DNA from: a virus
Lineage: Duplodnaviria > Heunggongvirae > Uroviricota > Caudoviricetes
Strand: one strand, 5' to 3'
DNA: 64,000 bases
IMG/VR virus record: IMGVR_UViG_2721755756_000002
This document shows, piece after piece, positions 19,400 to 27,904 of the stretch. The notes below the pieces were generated by a model. It had not been told where the DNA came from and did not search any database. It saw only the letters and a program-made list of their open reading frames with translations. Each line of letters begins with the position of its first letter. Position 1 is the first letter of the stretch. Both the position numbers and the translations under genes were made by a program.

Positions 19400-20227
19400 A
19401 TGGCATTTAAGAAAAGAACAAGCCTGTCCGGATTAACAGGCAGTAATTGGATGGATTGGGCGCTACGGCGTACAGGAGTGGCAATGCCAAACTGCTTTAC
19501 CTATGCTACAGCTCGTATCAGCGAGATTTTAGGGCGAGAGGAGTATTTGGATAGCCCACGGGTAAACGGCGCACAGGAGCTGTGGGATAACTACTCAGAC
19601 GGCTTTAAACGCTCAAAATATGCTGTAGAGGGTGCACTCATGATCTGGCAGTCAGGACAGTGGGGGCATGTAGCAGTTTGTGAGGAACTTATTGACACCA
19701 ACACGATCGCATGGAGCCAGTCCAACTACGGCGGGGCAATGTTTGAATATGTGAAAGGAAATCCGAACGGGTACAAAGGCATGAAATTTTTAGGATATCT
19801 GGTACATGATAAACTGCCGAAAGCAGAGGCAGCAAAACCATCTACTAGTAAGCCGACTACTACTGGCATTAAGGCGGGCAATAAGGTCAAAATCAAGTCC
19901 AGCGCTAAAAAGTACGCTACTGGTCAGACAATCCCCGCATGGGCTAAAGGCAAGACATATACCGTACAGCAGGTATCTGGCAGTAAGGCGCTGATTAAAG
20001 AGCTTGTGTCATGGGTTAAAACATCCGATTTACAGATGACCGGCGCAGCTGCGGTGATTGCAGTCGGCAAAAAGGTCAAAGTTAAAAAGACGGCCAAGAC
20101 CTATGCAACAGGGCAGAGCATTCCGGCGTTTGTAAAAGGTACGACTTACACAGTCATGCAGATCAGCGGGGATAAGGTACTACTGAAAGAAATCATGAGC
20201 TGGGTACGTAAATCTGATTTGGAATAA
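19400..20227 (+). CDS. Endolysin, CHAP domain plus two SH3-like cell-wall-binding repeats
   Basis: MPNCFTYA (Cys) and WGHVAV (His); two KVKIK..YATGQ.IP..VKG..YTV.Q.SG repeats. Confidence 0.9.
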   Translation: MAFKKRTSLSGLTGSNWMDWALRRTGVAMPNCFTYATARISEILGREEYLDSPRVNGAQELWDNYSDGFKRSKYAVEGALMIWQSGQWGHVAVCEELIDTNTIAWSQSNYGGAMFEYVKGNPNGYKGMKFLGYLVHDKLPKAEAAKPSTSKPTTTGIKAGNKVKIKSSAKKYATGQTIPAWAKGKTYTVQQVSGSKALIKELVSWVKTSDLQMTGAAAVIAVGKKVKVKKTAKTYATGQSIPAFVKGTTYTVMQISGDKVLLKEIMSWVRKSDLE

Positions 20228-20234
20228 GAAAAAT

Positions 20235-20269
20235 AACCACTCATTCCTTCGGGGATGGGTGGTTTTTTT
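20235..20269 (+). terminator. Rho-independent terminator after endolysin
   Basis: AACCACTCATTCC-TTC-GGGGATGGGTGGTT followed by T-run. Confidence 0.85.
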
Positions 20270-20278
20270 ATGTATAGT

Positions 20279-20307
20279 TTGACAAAAAATTACAAAAAAT
20301 GTATTAT
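20279..20307 (+). promoter_or_regulatory. SigA-type promoter of moron
   Basis: TTGACA-17-TATTAT. Confidence 0.75.
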
Positions 20308-20335
20308 TTAGGTGTGATAATCATGAGGTGAGGGT

Positions 20336-20599
20336 ATGGATTGGACGGGTTTAAATCAAATAAATACTATTTTAGGTATAATCAATGGTGTGGTTGGTAT
20401 CATTAATATAGGAACAGCTTTTTGGGGGTGGCTAAATCATAAAAATAAGAAACAGTTTATGGAAAAGCTAGAAAAAGAGCGTATATCTGCTCAAAAAGAA
20501 AATGCAAGAGTATGCCGTACTTGCAAAAGCAATTTCAAGGCACGTATCACCTCACTAGAACAGACCAATAATAAGTTATTAGAAAAAGTTTCAGGATAG
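20336..20599 (+). CDS. Moron membrane protein (N-terminal TM, coiled coil, CxxC)
   Basis: 87 aa with hydrophobic N-terminus. Confidence 0.65.
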   Translation: MDWTGLNQINTILGIINGVVGIINIGTAFWGWLNHKNKKQFMEKLEKERISAQKENARVCRTCKSNFKARITSLEQTNNKLLEKVSG

Positions 20600-20610
20600 G
20601 AGGGGGTTTT

Positions 20611-21177
20611 ATGATATACATCATTATAATAAGCTTGATTATAATTATTGTTCCGCCTATTTTTATAATACTCAGTAATTTAGATTATAGGAAAACGATT
20701 ATAAGTGAATGTTCACAAGTTTACGGTATAGAATTAAATACCATAAGTGTAAAATATACAATATTAGAAGACAGGGTAGCTAAATATCCTATGATGAATA
20801 AAGAAATAAAAAGACTCATCAAACTGGAAAAAGATAAATATGTAGATATAAATAAGCTAGTAGTTGGTAAATTTAAAATATCTGATTTGGTACCTTTGTG
20901 TAAAAGTATACAGTTGTTTAATGAAATTGAAGAGTGTAAGGATAAGGGCGTTATTGATTTATTTGATGATGTGAGAGAAATGAATCATAAGATAGCAACA
21001 GTAAGGTCGCCTTTAAAATGCAAGATTAATGGTATGAAATCAAAAATACAATTCTTTATTATATTGATTATAGTTAAGCTATTTAACAAATTTAAGGATT
21101 TTACCCGGCAAGATATAGAACAAGTTGAGAAAGATAACGATTTTACAGTTGATTCAAATTTAGGTTTACTTAATTAG
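20611..21177 (+). CDS. Moron membrane protein
   Basis: 188 aa, very AT-rich, hydrophobic segments near both ends; RBS GGAGGGG. Confidence 0.65.
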   Translation: MIYIIIISLIIIIVPPIFIILSNLDYRKTIISECSQVYGIELNTISVKYTILEDRVAKYPMMNKEIKRLIKLEKDKYVDINKLVVGKFKISDLVPLCKSIQLFNEIEECKDKGVIDLFDDVREMNHKIATVRSPLKCKINGMKSKIQFFIILIIVKLFNKFKDFTRQDIEQVEKDNDFTVDSNLGLLN

Positions 21178-21206
21178 CTACTCTCCACACAAGAGAGTGG
21201 CTTTTT

Positions 21207-22992
21207 GGCTATCCAAATTTTTTAGGGGTTTTCGCCAGAAATTTGGGGGTCAACTTTGGGGGAGAGAAAAAATAAAGGCTAAAAATTAAGACCCCTAAAG
21301 TTAAAATCAAGAGAATCAGTGAAAAAACATTCTGATTCTCTTTTTTTGGTTATGCTTCTGTACAAATTCTTAATCTCTTTATTCTTTTACTTTATATTTA
21401 CCACGTTTCTTTCCAACATAGCTATGTACTTCATTAGATGATTTGGGCGTATTTCTCAATGCAGGTCTATTTCTGGTAGACCATAAGATTCGATTTCTAG
21501 TATAATTAAAATTAGAGGAACCTCGTGAGTTTCTCTTATAATCTTTCGGCTTTCGGTTGAATGATTCCATAGGTCCATTGGATAAACGTGCATAGTAACG
21601 CTCATTATCCTTTGCACTACGTCTTGATACCTCAGTTATAGTAAATGAGCGGGCAATCTCATGCTTATATTTATCAAGGTATTGTGAGAAAAGACAAGGA
21701 ATGTAACCTCTGAGAGCCTTAAATTCTTCAATCATTTTTAATAATTCTTGCATTACTTCATCTTCAGAACTAAAGTGAGTATTATTGAATCTAATATATT
21801 TTTCTTTCACATCTCTGATTATATTGAACTTAGGATCTAGTGAGAGAAATAGTTTTTCAATAGTATATGTATCTGCGTACATTCTAAGAGAGCTGTGGTA
21901 ATACCTTTTGTCAGAGTAATTGATATTGTCTTGATTCTTCAAAAGCACCCAGCGATATTTTCTAAGCAAGATAACTTCTTGTGATTCCTGAATCGTTTTA
22001 TTGTCTCTATTGGTGTCATGATTTTGTTTTTCAAGCCTTTTAAGATCTCTATCTTTATATGCTTTCATTACTGAATTGATATAAGTATTAATCAATCCTA
22101 ATAAATATTTAACAACATGAAAACTATCTAAAATCGACACAGCATTTGGAAAGAAATGCTTGGGTAATTCAAGATAAGGCTTATATGCATCAGAAATAAT
22201 ATAACGAACATGTTTTCTTTCTTCGTATGGAATGGAGAAGAAGTAGTTTTCAATGGTATGATGCCATCGGTTATGCAAGATGTCAACAATCTCTCCAGAA
22301 GTAAAGTCCATAAGAATCAAGGCATATTTCTCTTTTTCAGAAATATCAATATGTACTTCATCAACGGAAAGAAACTCAGGAAGAGTTAAACGTGGCAAAT
22401 CCACGTAAGCAGTGAAAAGATCGTGAACTTGAGTATCAGATAAATTGAATTGTCTGGCAATAGATGCGGTAGAACGATCAAGGTCTTTCATAGCCTCTAA
22501 AACTAGTAGAGGAGTAATATCAGAGGATTGTTTATAACGCTGAAAGAATGGGAAATCTTCATTAACATATGTGGAACAGTTAGTGCATTTCCACTTTCTT
22601 TGGCTCACGATAAAGATGATGCAAGTTCCGTCTTGTAAGACAGGGTGTTTGATTTTGCGCTTATAAATACCTTTTGAGTGCATTCTGCAAGAACAATTAG
22701 GGCAATAAGACGGGATAGATGGTCGAGAGATATATACATACTTGGTATCAGCGATGATTTCAACATCGTTGATGATAATAGAACCATCATCGGGAATGTT
22801 TAATAATTTAAATAGATAAGAATGATCCATGATTACCTCCTTCACAGAAGCATAACCAATAGAACATTATAGAAAAAGAAACAGATGAATGCCACCTGTT
22901 TCTTTTGGGATTTATCCCCCTAAAGTGTCCCTCAAAGTTCAGACCCCTAAATTGACCCCTAAAGTTTAGCCCCCCAAATATTTTGGATACCC
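21207..22992 (-). mobile_element. ISL3-family insertion sequence
   Basis: Imperfect terminal IRs (GGCTATCCAAA / GGGTATCCAAA); 8-bp target duplication GGCTTTTT at 21199-21206 and 22993-23000; subterminal CCCCTAAA repeats. Confidence 0.9.
21379..22845 (-). CDS. ISL3 transposase
   Basis: CPNC zinc finger, LSVDEV, DAYKPY, LDSFHVV and SNGPMESFN motifs. Confidence 0.92.
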   Translation of the reverse strand: MKEVIMDHSYLFKLLNIPDDGSIIINDVEIIADTKYVYISRPSIPSYCPNCSCRMHSKGIYKRKIKHPVLQDGTCIIFIVSQRKWKCTNCSTYVNEDFPFFQRYKQSSDITPLLVLEAMKDLDRSTASIARQFNLSDTQVHDLFTAYVDLPRLTLPEFLSVDEVHIDISEKEKYALILMDFTSGEIVDILHNRWHHTIENYFFSIPYEERKHVRYIISDAYKPYLELPKHFFPNAVSILDSFHVVKYLLGLINTYINSVMKAYKDRDLKRLEKQNHDTNRDNKTIQESQEVILLRKYRWVLLKNQDNINYSDKRYYHSSLRMYADTYTIEKLFLSLDPKFNIIRDVKEKYIRFNNTHFSSEDEVMQELLKMIEEFKALRGYIPCLFSQYLDKYKHEIARSFTITEVSRRSAKDNERYYARLSNGPMESFNRKPKDYKRNSRGSSNFNYTRNRILWSTRNRPALRNTPKSSNEVHSYVGKKRGKYKVKE

Positions 22993-23037
22993 GGCTTTTT
23001 TATTTACATTTCAACATATAAGTAGTATAGTATATAA

Positions 23038-23121
23038 GCAATCACTTAATGATTGTATCGCCCTTTTTCCCCCATTATTTGTTCATGAGGACGATAAGCC
23101 GGCTTTATGTCGGCTTTTTTT
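23038..23121 (+). ncRNA. sRNA cassette 1 (candidate)
   Basis: TTTACA-17-TATAGT (23003-23031); C/U-rich loop; terminator AAGCCGGC-TTTAT-GTCGGCTT-T5; no ORF. Confidence 0.6.
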
Positions 23122-23195
23122 GTTAAACATGGAACTTCCAATATTTTACTACGATAATGATTTGCAATTTTTGAAGAAATGCTATATAATTTCGT

Positions 23196-23260
23196 AGTCA
23201 CTCTTTCATACAGTTTATGCAGCGACAATGGGACAAAAGCCAGCTTATAGCCGGCTTTTT
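23196..23260 (+). ncRNA. sRNA cassette 2 (candidate)
   Basis: TTGCAA-17-TATAAT (23162-23190); terminator AAAAGCCAGC-TTATA-GCCGGCTTTTT. Confidence 0.6.
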
Positions 23261-23334
23261 ATTATCGGATTAAAATTAAGGAAAATTAAATAATTTAGAA
23301 TTTACATACGGAGGAAATATGATAGAATGATATT

Positions 23335-23416
23335 GGCATAATTATATGCTTCTGCCTAGGTATCTTTATGCTATCCATCTAAAAAGATGGGGAACCGGTT
23401 CTATACCGGTTTTTTT
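23335..23416 (+). ncRNA. sRNA cassette 3 (candidate)
   Basis: TTTACA-16-TAGAAT with TG extension (23301-23328); hairpins GCATA/TATGC and CCATCT/AGATGG; terminator AACCGGT/ACCGGTT-T-run. Confidence 0.55.
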
Positions 23417-23489
23417 GTAAAGTTTTATAACATTTAATAAAATAGTATCAATGTATTTACAAATAGTTGATTGAGGTATATAATGATTA

Positions 23490-23564
23490 CGTTGCCGCCC
23501 ATTAAAAAGAAAGGGATACCTAGGCAGTATTTTGCGGCACTTGACCACCTTAATGGTGGTTTTT
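23490..23564 (+). ncRNA. sRNA cassette 4 (candidate)
   Basis: TTTACA-17-TATAAT (23456-23484); TGCCGC/GCGGCA closing stem; terminator ACCACC/GGTGGT-TTTT. Confidence 0.6.
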
Positions 23565-23577
23565 CATTTATTTTATA

Positions 23578-23603
23578 AAAAATCCCGTATTTGATGATTT
23601 ATT
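23578..23603 (+). promoter_or_regulatory. 26-bp box upstream of shared sRNA, copy 1
   Basis: AAAAATCCCGTATTTGATGATTTATT, identical to the reverse complement of 34467-34492. Confidence 0.7.
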
Positions 23604-23638
23604 TACCTTTTTAAATTTTTATGTGAGATAATGTGCAC

Positions 23639-23728
23639 AGCAGCACAGATATCTTACTCTCCCCCCAAGTCCGTATCATATCTTCTTCCTAGCTGCCAGC
23701 TCCTGTCTATGTGCAGGAGTCTTTTTTT
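23639..23728 (+). ncRNA. sRNA cassette 5, shared between the two prophages (copy 1)
   Basis: GCAGCA.AGATATCTTACT...CCCAA.TCCGTATCATATCTTCTTCCTAGCTG plus terminator CTCCTG/CAGGAG-T-run; homologue at 34346-34431. Confidence 0.7.
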
Positions 23729-23990
23729 ATGGTCTTAAGCTCTCAATAAACCATCTATATTTATAAGGTGGCATATATTCATAGTATATAGTTCGAGTTG
23801 CTCCATTTATTTGTATCACAAACATTTGACCACCGCCGCCACAGTTTTTGCTATGGCATTGTGGTTTATGACGTATGATCTTGTCTATTTCATAGCGTTC
23901 GTCGTTCCAGATAACCGCAAGGGGCGTAATGTCTCCCATTTTATTAACGAGCATAACAACATCTATATATTTTTTATACAGGCGCTGCAT
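23727..23990 (-). CDS. Small protein resembling the family usually found beside Y-family (DinB/UmuC) polymerases
   Basis: KKYIDV..GDITPLAVIWNDERYEIDKI..GGGG..RWFIE pattern; RBS GAGGTGA. Confidence 0.55.
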   Translation of the reverse strand: MQRLYKKYIDVVMLVNKMGDITPLAVIWNDERYEIDKIIRHKPQCHSKNCGGGGQMFVIQINGATRTIYYEYMPPYKYRWFIESLRP

Positions 23991-24091
23991 TTGATCACCT
24001 CATTGTTTATGATGAACAGCTTTTACCATATTATACCAATGAAAAAATTCTACATCGTATATTACAATTAGTGTAACAGATAAGACTTGAG

Positions 24092-24403
24092 GTGAGAATT
24101 TTGAAGTTGAGAAAAAATATTGCATGGAATATATTATGCAACGCAAGACTTAAAATGCTTGTTAATGGTGATATAAGTGTGGAAAAGGCTGCATCTATCA
24201 TTTTTGATACAGAAAAACTCTTCACGGATGTAATCCAGAATATGGAGACCATGAGCATAGCTGAATATAATAACAAACGTATCATATTCGATGATGGCCG
24301 CCGTCTGTACTATAATGATTTCAATGCAGCTTTTTTAAACGGTGATATCCTGTATTTGTGTGGCAGCAGGAAAACCTATGTGTTTTACGTATATACGAAG
24401 TAG
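24092..24403 (+). CDS. Hypothetical protein
   Basis: 103 aa ORF with RBS GAGG, GTG start. Confidence 0.5.
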   Translation: MRILKLRKNIAWNILCNARLKMLVNGDISVEKAASIIFDTEKLFTDVIQNMETMSIAEYNNKRIIFDDGRRLYYNDFNAAFLNGDILYLCGSRKTYVFYVYTK

Positions 24404-24671
24404 TACCCCCTGTTTATTACCTCATGTTATCCGATAACATTATAACATATAATCGTTAATAGCAATGCTTTTTCGTACTAAGTGGATGCTTTTTCCTCAT
24501 TTATCGGATAGTTTCAAATTTTTTATAAAACAATCAAGTTATAGGGTAAATATACCAATTTTTACCAATTTGTGATATTATCTTTATTTTTTAGCAAAAT
24601 ATGGTAATATTTAATTGCTGATATATATTAAGCATCTCATGTTATCCAAAACAGAAAAAGGAGATGCAATC

Positions 24672-24836
24672 ATGAATATCGTTAAATTAAATAGAAAGAT
24701 CAAGGGGATAAGTGTATCAGATTTAGCAAAGGAGTTAGGGATGCCATTATTGCTGTACATATTTCATGAAAGGCGTATGGACTTCACAGTTGAACAATTC
24801 CGAATGCTTTGTGGTTTATTAAATATACTGTATTGA
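24672..24836 (+). CDS. Small XRE-type HTH protein
   Basis: RKIKGISVSDLAKELGM helix-turn-helix pattern; RBS AAAGGAG. Confidence 0.7.
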   Translation: MNIVKLNRKIKGISVSDLAKELGMPLLLYIFHERRMDFTVEQFRMLCGLLNILY

Positions 24837-24854
24837 TGTATCTAATATGAAGTG

Positions 24855-24883
24855 AAAAATGGTGAGCAATCACCATTTTTTTT
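24855..24883 (+). terminator. Rho-independent terminator
   Basis: AAAAATGGTGA-GCAA-TCACCATTTTT followed by T-run. Confidence 0.75.
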
Positions 24884-25127
24884 GTTATAATATCTGTAAT
24901 AAATTGTTAACATATATAATGTATATAATGCTTATAATAATCAAGCAAAAACATATAATCTAACAAATAAGCTAACAAAAATACCGATAATCCCATAAAT
25001 AAAGGATAAATTTTAACAAAATTATAACATTTCCTGTTTATCTTTTCTTTATAATGGAAACGAAGGAGGATAGCATTCACAGGCATAAAACCTCACGCAC
25101 AAACGTATTTTGTATAGAGGTGAGAGT

Positions 25128-25328
25128 ATGCTTTCCATAGATAAGAATCAGGTCATGATTGAACATTACCGGGAACTGACCCTGGTGAGCGAAACGAGAA
25201 TACAGGTGACGATGAAATCCTACCGTATCACGATAGACGGGGAGCAGCTGCATGTGCTGGCACTGGGAAAGGATGAGATCCTGCTGGAGGGCAGTGTGCA
25301 GAATCTGGCGTTCGCATATGAAAAATAG
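25128..25328 (+). CDS. yqfC: YabP/YqfC-family sporulation protein
   Basis: IEHYRELTLVSE..EILLEG motif; upstream of yqfD-phoH as in Bacillus; RBS GAGGTGA. Confidence 0.75.
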   Translation: MLSIDKNQVMIEHYRELTLVSETRIQVTMKSYRITIDGEQLHVLALGKDEILLEGSVQNLAFAYEK

Positions 25329-26244
25329 AAAGGGTTTCGGTCTTGATCAATGGAAAGTGCAGGCCTCTTGCGATGAGTTTTTATGGATTATAAAGAAAAA
25401 TCAGCTGGAACTATATGATATTACTCTACATCGAAACTATATTCAGTTCTACGCATCCATTCTGCAGCGCCCGAAAATCTACCGCTGCTTTGAAGCATGT
25501 GATCTGATCACAACCACCGGTATGCTGGGATATGCACTGCGCAGCCTGAAAAAGCCCTATCGCGTTGCGGCAATTCTGCTTTCTATCCTGCTGTGGTACG
25601 GTCTTTCGTCCATGGTATTTGAAATACAAATCAAGGGAGAAAAGGATGAAAGCCGGAAGCTGATTGCGGATACCCTGAAAAAACTGGAGGTTGTACCACC
25701 CTTTAAAAGCAGGGATGTCTCACAGCTGAAGGCACAGCTGAAAAAGAATCTGGAAAATGATATCGCCTGGCTGGAAATCGAGAAACAGGGCAGCCGGTAT
25801 CTGATTACCTATACGCCAAAGGAATTTGCCTCCTTATCCCAGCTGGGACATGAAGAGCTGATTGCACAGGAGGACGGTATGATTGAGCGCTTTGATATAC
25901 AGCATGGAAACAAGCTGCACAAGGTCAATGAATTTGTGCATAAGGGTGATGTGCTGGTAAGCAATGTGCTGGAGGATTCCAAGGGCGGCAAGCAGGAGGT
26001 ATATGTCAAGGGACGTGTCTTTGCCTATGTCTGGAAGGATATCACCGTGACGATGGACAAGACAAGGGAACCGAAGGCCTTTCAGTATTTTCAGCTGCTG
26101 TTTGATGCCAGACGCAAGGTGAGCGAGGACTTTCACAAGGACGATCGCATTTACAAGGAAAATATTTTGCAATTCTCTACAGATATGGGTAAAATAAAGA
26201 TGGTGATTCATTACACACTGATCAAGGACATCACCACACCATAA
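25318..26244 (+). CDS. yqfD: Sporulation protein YqfD
   Basis: IAWLEIEKQGSRY, ELIAQEDGMI and VHKGDVLVS motifs; yqfC-yqfD-phoH synteny. Confidence 0.85.
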   Translation: MKNRKGFGLDQWKVQASCDEFLWIIKKNQLELYDITLHRNYIQFYASILQRPKIYRCFEACDLITTTGMLGYALRSLKKPYRVAAILLSILLWYGLSSMVFEIQIKGEKDESRKLIADTLKKLEVVPPFKSRDVSQLKAQLKKNLENDIAWLEIEKQGSRYLITYTPKEFASLSQLGHEELIAQEDGMIERFDIQHGNKLHKVNEFVHKGDVLVSNVLEDSKGGKQEVYVKGRVFAYVWKDITVTMDKTREPKAFQYFQLLFDARRKVSEDFHKDDRIYKENILQFSTDMGKIKMVIHYTLIKDITTP

Positions 26245-26259
26245 CGATAAGGAGCGCCT

Positions 26260-27246
26260 ATGAGTGAACAATTTCGTATTGCATTAGAAGAATACCCGAT
26301 GGAATGGATCGTAAAATTATGCGGAGCACAGGATAAGCATCTGGAGCTGCTGCGAAACGCCTTTTCCTGTGATATCATCATGCGGGACAATGAGCTGCGC
26401 ATTCTCAGTGAGGATGCAGTTACCTTTCACAGCATTGAATCTGTGGTAAAGGCCCTGTTTGATATGATGGAGGCACATATTGATGTGAGTGGACGCGATA
26501 TTGAATATGCCTGCCGTCTGGCGAAGCTGAATCGGCTGCAGGAGCTTTCCACGACATATCAGAAGGCGATCGGTAAAACGGTCAACGGGAAGCTGATTTA
26601 TCCCAAAACGATCGGACAGCGGCATCTGTTTAAATGCATGTGCAACAGTGAAATCGTCTTTGCGACCGGAGTGGCCGGTACCGGAAAAACCTACCTCGCT
26701 GTTGTATATGCGACCGATCTGCTGAAAAAGGGAGAAATCCGCAAGATTATTTTGACCAGACCCGCCGTGGAGGCCGGAGAGAATCTGGGCTTTCTGCCGG
26801 GCGATCTAAAGGAAAAGGTGGATCCGTATCTGCGACCGCTCTATGATGCCCTGTATGATACGCTGGGACAGGAACAGGTGGAGAAGCTGCTGGAAAAGGA
26901 AGTCATCGAAATCGCGCCGCTTGCTTATATGCGCGGACGGACGCTGGACAATGCCTTCATTATACTGGATGAGGCGCAGAATACAACTCGTGCACAGATG
27001 AAGATGTTTCTGACGAGGATGGGATTTCATTCCCGCATCGTCATTACCGGGGATGTAACACAGATTGATCTGATTAAAAAACGTGATTCCGGCCTGCTGA
27101 ATGCCAAGCATCTGCTGTCCGGGATAGAGGGAATCTCCTTTGTGGAGCTAACCAGCCTCGATGTAGTTCGTAATCCGTTGGTTCAGAAGATCATTGAACG
27201 ATATGAGCAGGAGGAAGAACGATATGGCAAGGATTTTATTGATTGA
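26260..27246 (+). CDS. phoH: PhoH family ATPase
   Basis: GVAGTGKT P-loop, RPAVEAGENLGFLPG, AYMRGRTL, DEAQN. Confidence 0.97.
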   Translation: MSEQFRIALEEYPMEWIVKLCGAQDKHLELLRNAFSCDIIMRDNELRILSEDAVTFHSIESVVKALFDMMEAHIDVSGRDIEYACRLAKLNRLQELSTTYQKAIGKTVNGKLIYPKTIGQRHLFKCMCNSEIVFATGVAGTGKTYLAVVYATDLLKKGEIRKIILTRPAVEAGENLGFLPGDLKEKVDPYLRPLYDALYDTLGQEQVEKLLEKEVIEIAPLAYMRGRTLDNAFIILDEAQNTTRAQMKMFLTRMGFHSRIVITGDVTQIDLIKKRDSGLLNAKHLLSGIEGISFVELTSLDVVRNPLVQKIIERYEQEEERYGKDFID

Positions 27247-27904
27247 AGACGAAGATAACATCCGCAAGATCATTGCATATGATTTGAAAAAAGCGGATTT
27301 TGATATCGTGGAATGCGGTGATGGTAGAACGGCTGTCGATCTGGCGATGAAAGAGGATTTTGATGTGCTGATCATCGACTGGATGCTGCCTCATGTCAGC
27401 GGAATCGATATCGTGAAAAAACTGCGCAGTGAGCACATTGACGCTATCTTTATCATGCTGACGGCAAGGGATGATGAAACGGATATCCTGTATGCCTTTG
27501 AGCAGGGCGTGGATGATTATATCACAAAGCCGTTTTCTCCAAGAGAGCTGCTGGCCAGGGTGAATGCCCATCTGAAGCGGCAGAACCGCAAGCAGGAAAA
27601 GCGGCTCAGTGTAGGTGATCTGTCCATGGATATGAAGCGGCGTGAGGCATATATCGGAGAGCGGATGATGACGCTGACAAAGAAGGAATTTGACCTGCTG
27701 GAGTATTTTATCCAGAACAAGGATATCGTATTGTCCCGTGACAGCATCCTGAACGATATCTGGGGTTTTGATTATGACGGAGATACACGGATTGTGGATG
27801 TGCATGTATTCAAGCTGAGAAACAAGCTGAATGCGTCGCATGTACATATCAGGTCATCCCGCGGAGTCGGTTATCTGCTGGAGGAAGTGCATGAAACGCA
27901 ATAA
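27224..27904 (+). CDS. phoP: OmpR-family response regulator, PhoP-like
   Basis: Receiver (DWMLP, TKPFSPREL) and winged helix with GDTRIVDVH; start ATG 27224 after AGGAGGAAG. Confidence 0.75.
   Translation: MARILLIEDEDNIRKIIAYDLKKADFDIVECGDGRTAVDLAMKEDFDVLIIDWMLPHVSGIDIVKKLRSEHIDAIFIMLTARDDETDILYAFEQGVDDYITKPFSPRELLARVNAHLKRQNRKQEKRLSVGDLSMDMKRREAYIGERMMTLTKKEFDLLEYFIQNKDIVLSRDSILNDIWGFDYDGDTRIVDVHVFKLRNKLNASHVHIRSSRGVGYLLEEVHETQ

Larger units (their letters stand above)
1..24900 (+). mobile_element. Prophage 1 (siphovirus-type), right part; left end outside window, right boundary approximate
   Basis: Contiguous portal-scaffold-capsid-neck-tail-TMP-tail spike-holin-endolysin order, followed by AT-rich accessory DNA up to the visibly more GC-rich host yqfC. 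att site not identifiable. Confidence 0.9.

Noticed and set aside
23000-23730. CRISPR mini-array or type III antitoxin repeat array
   Set aside because: Units do not share a repeat sequence (only terminators 1 and 2 resemble each other), and no toxin gene follows.
24900-25328. skin-like element interrupting the sporulation gene yqfC
   Set aside because: yqfC has its own RBS and start and a plausible upstream promoter region; no split-gene half or att core could be identified.
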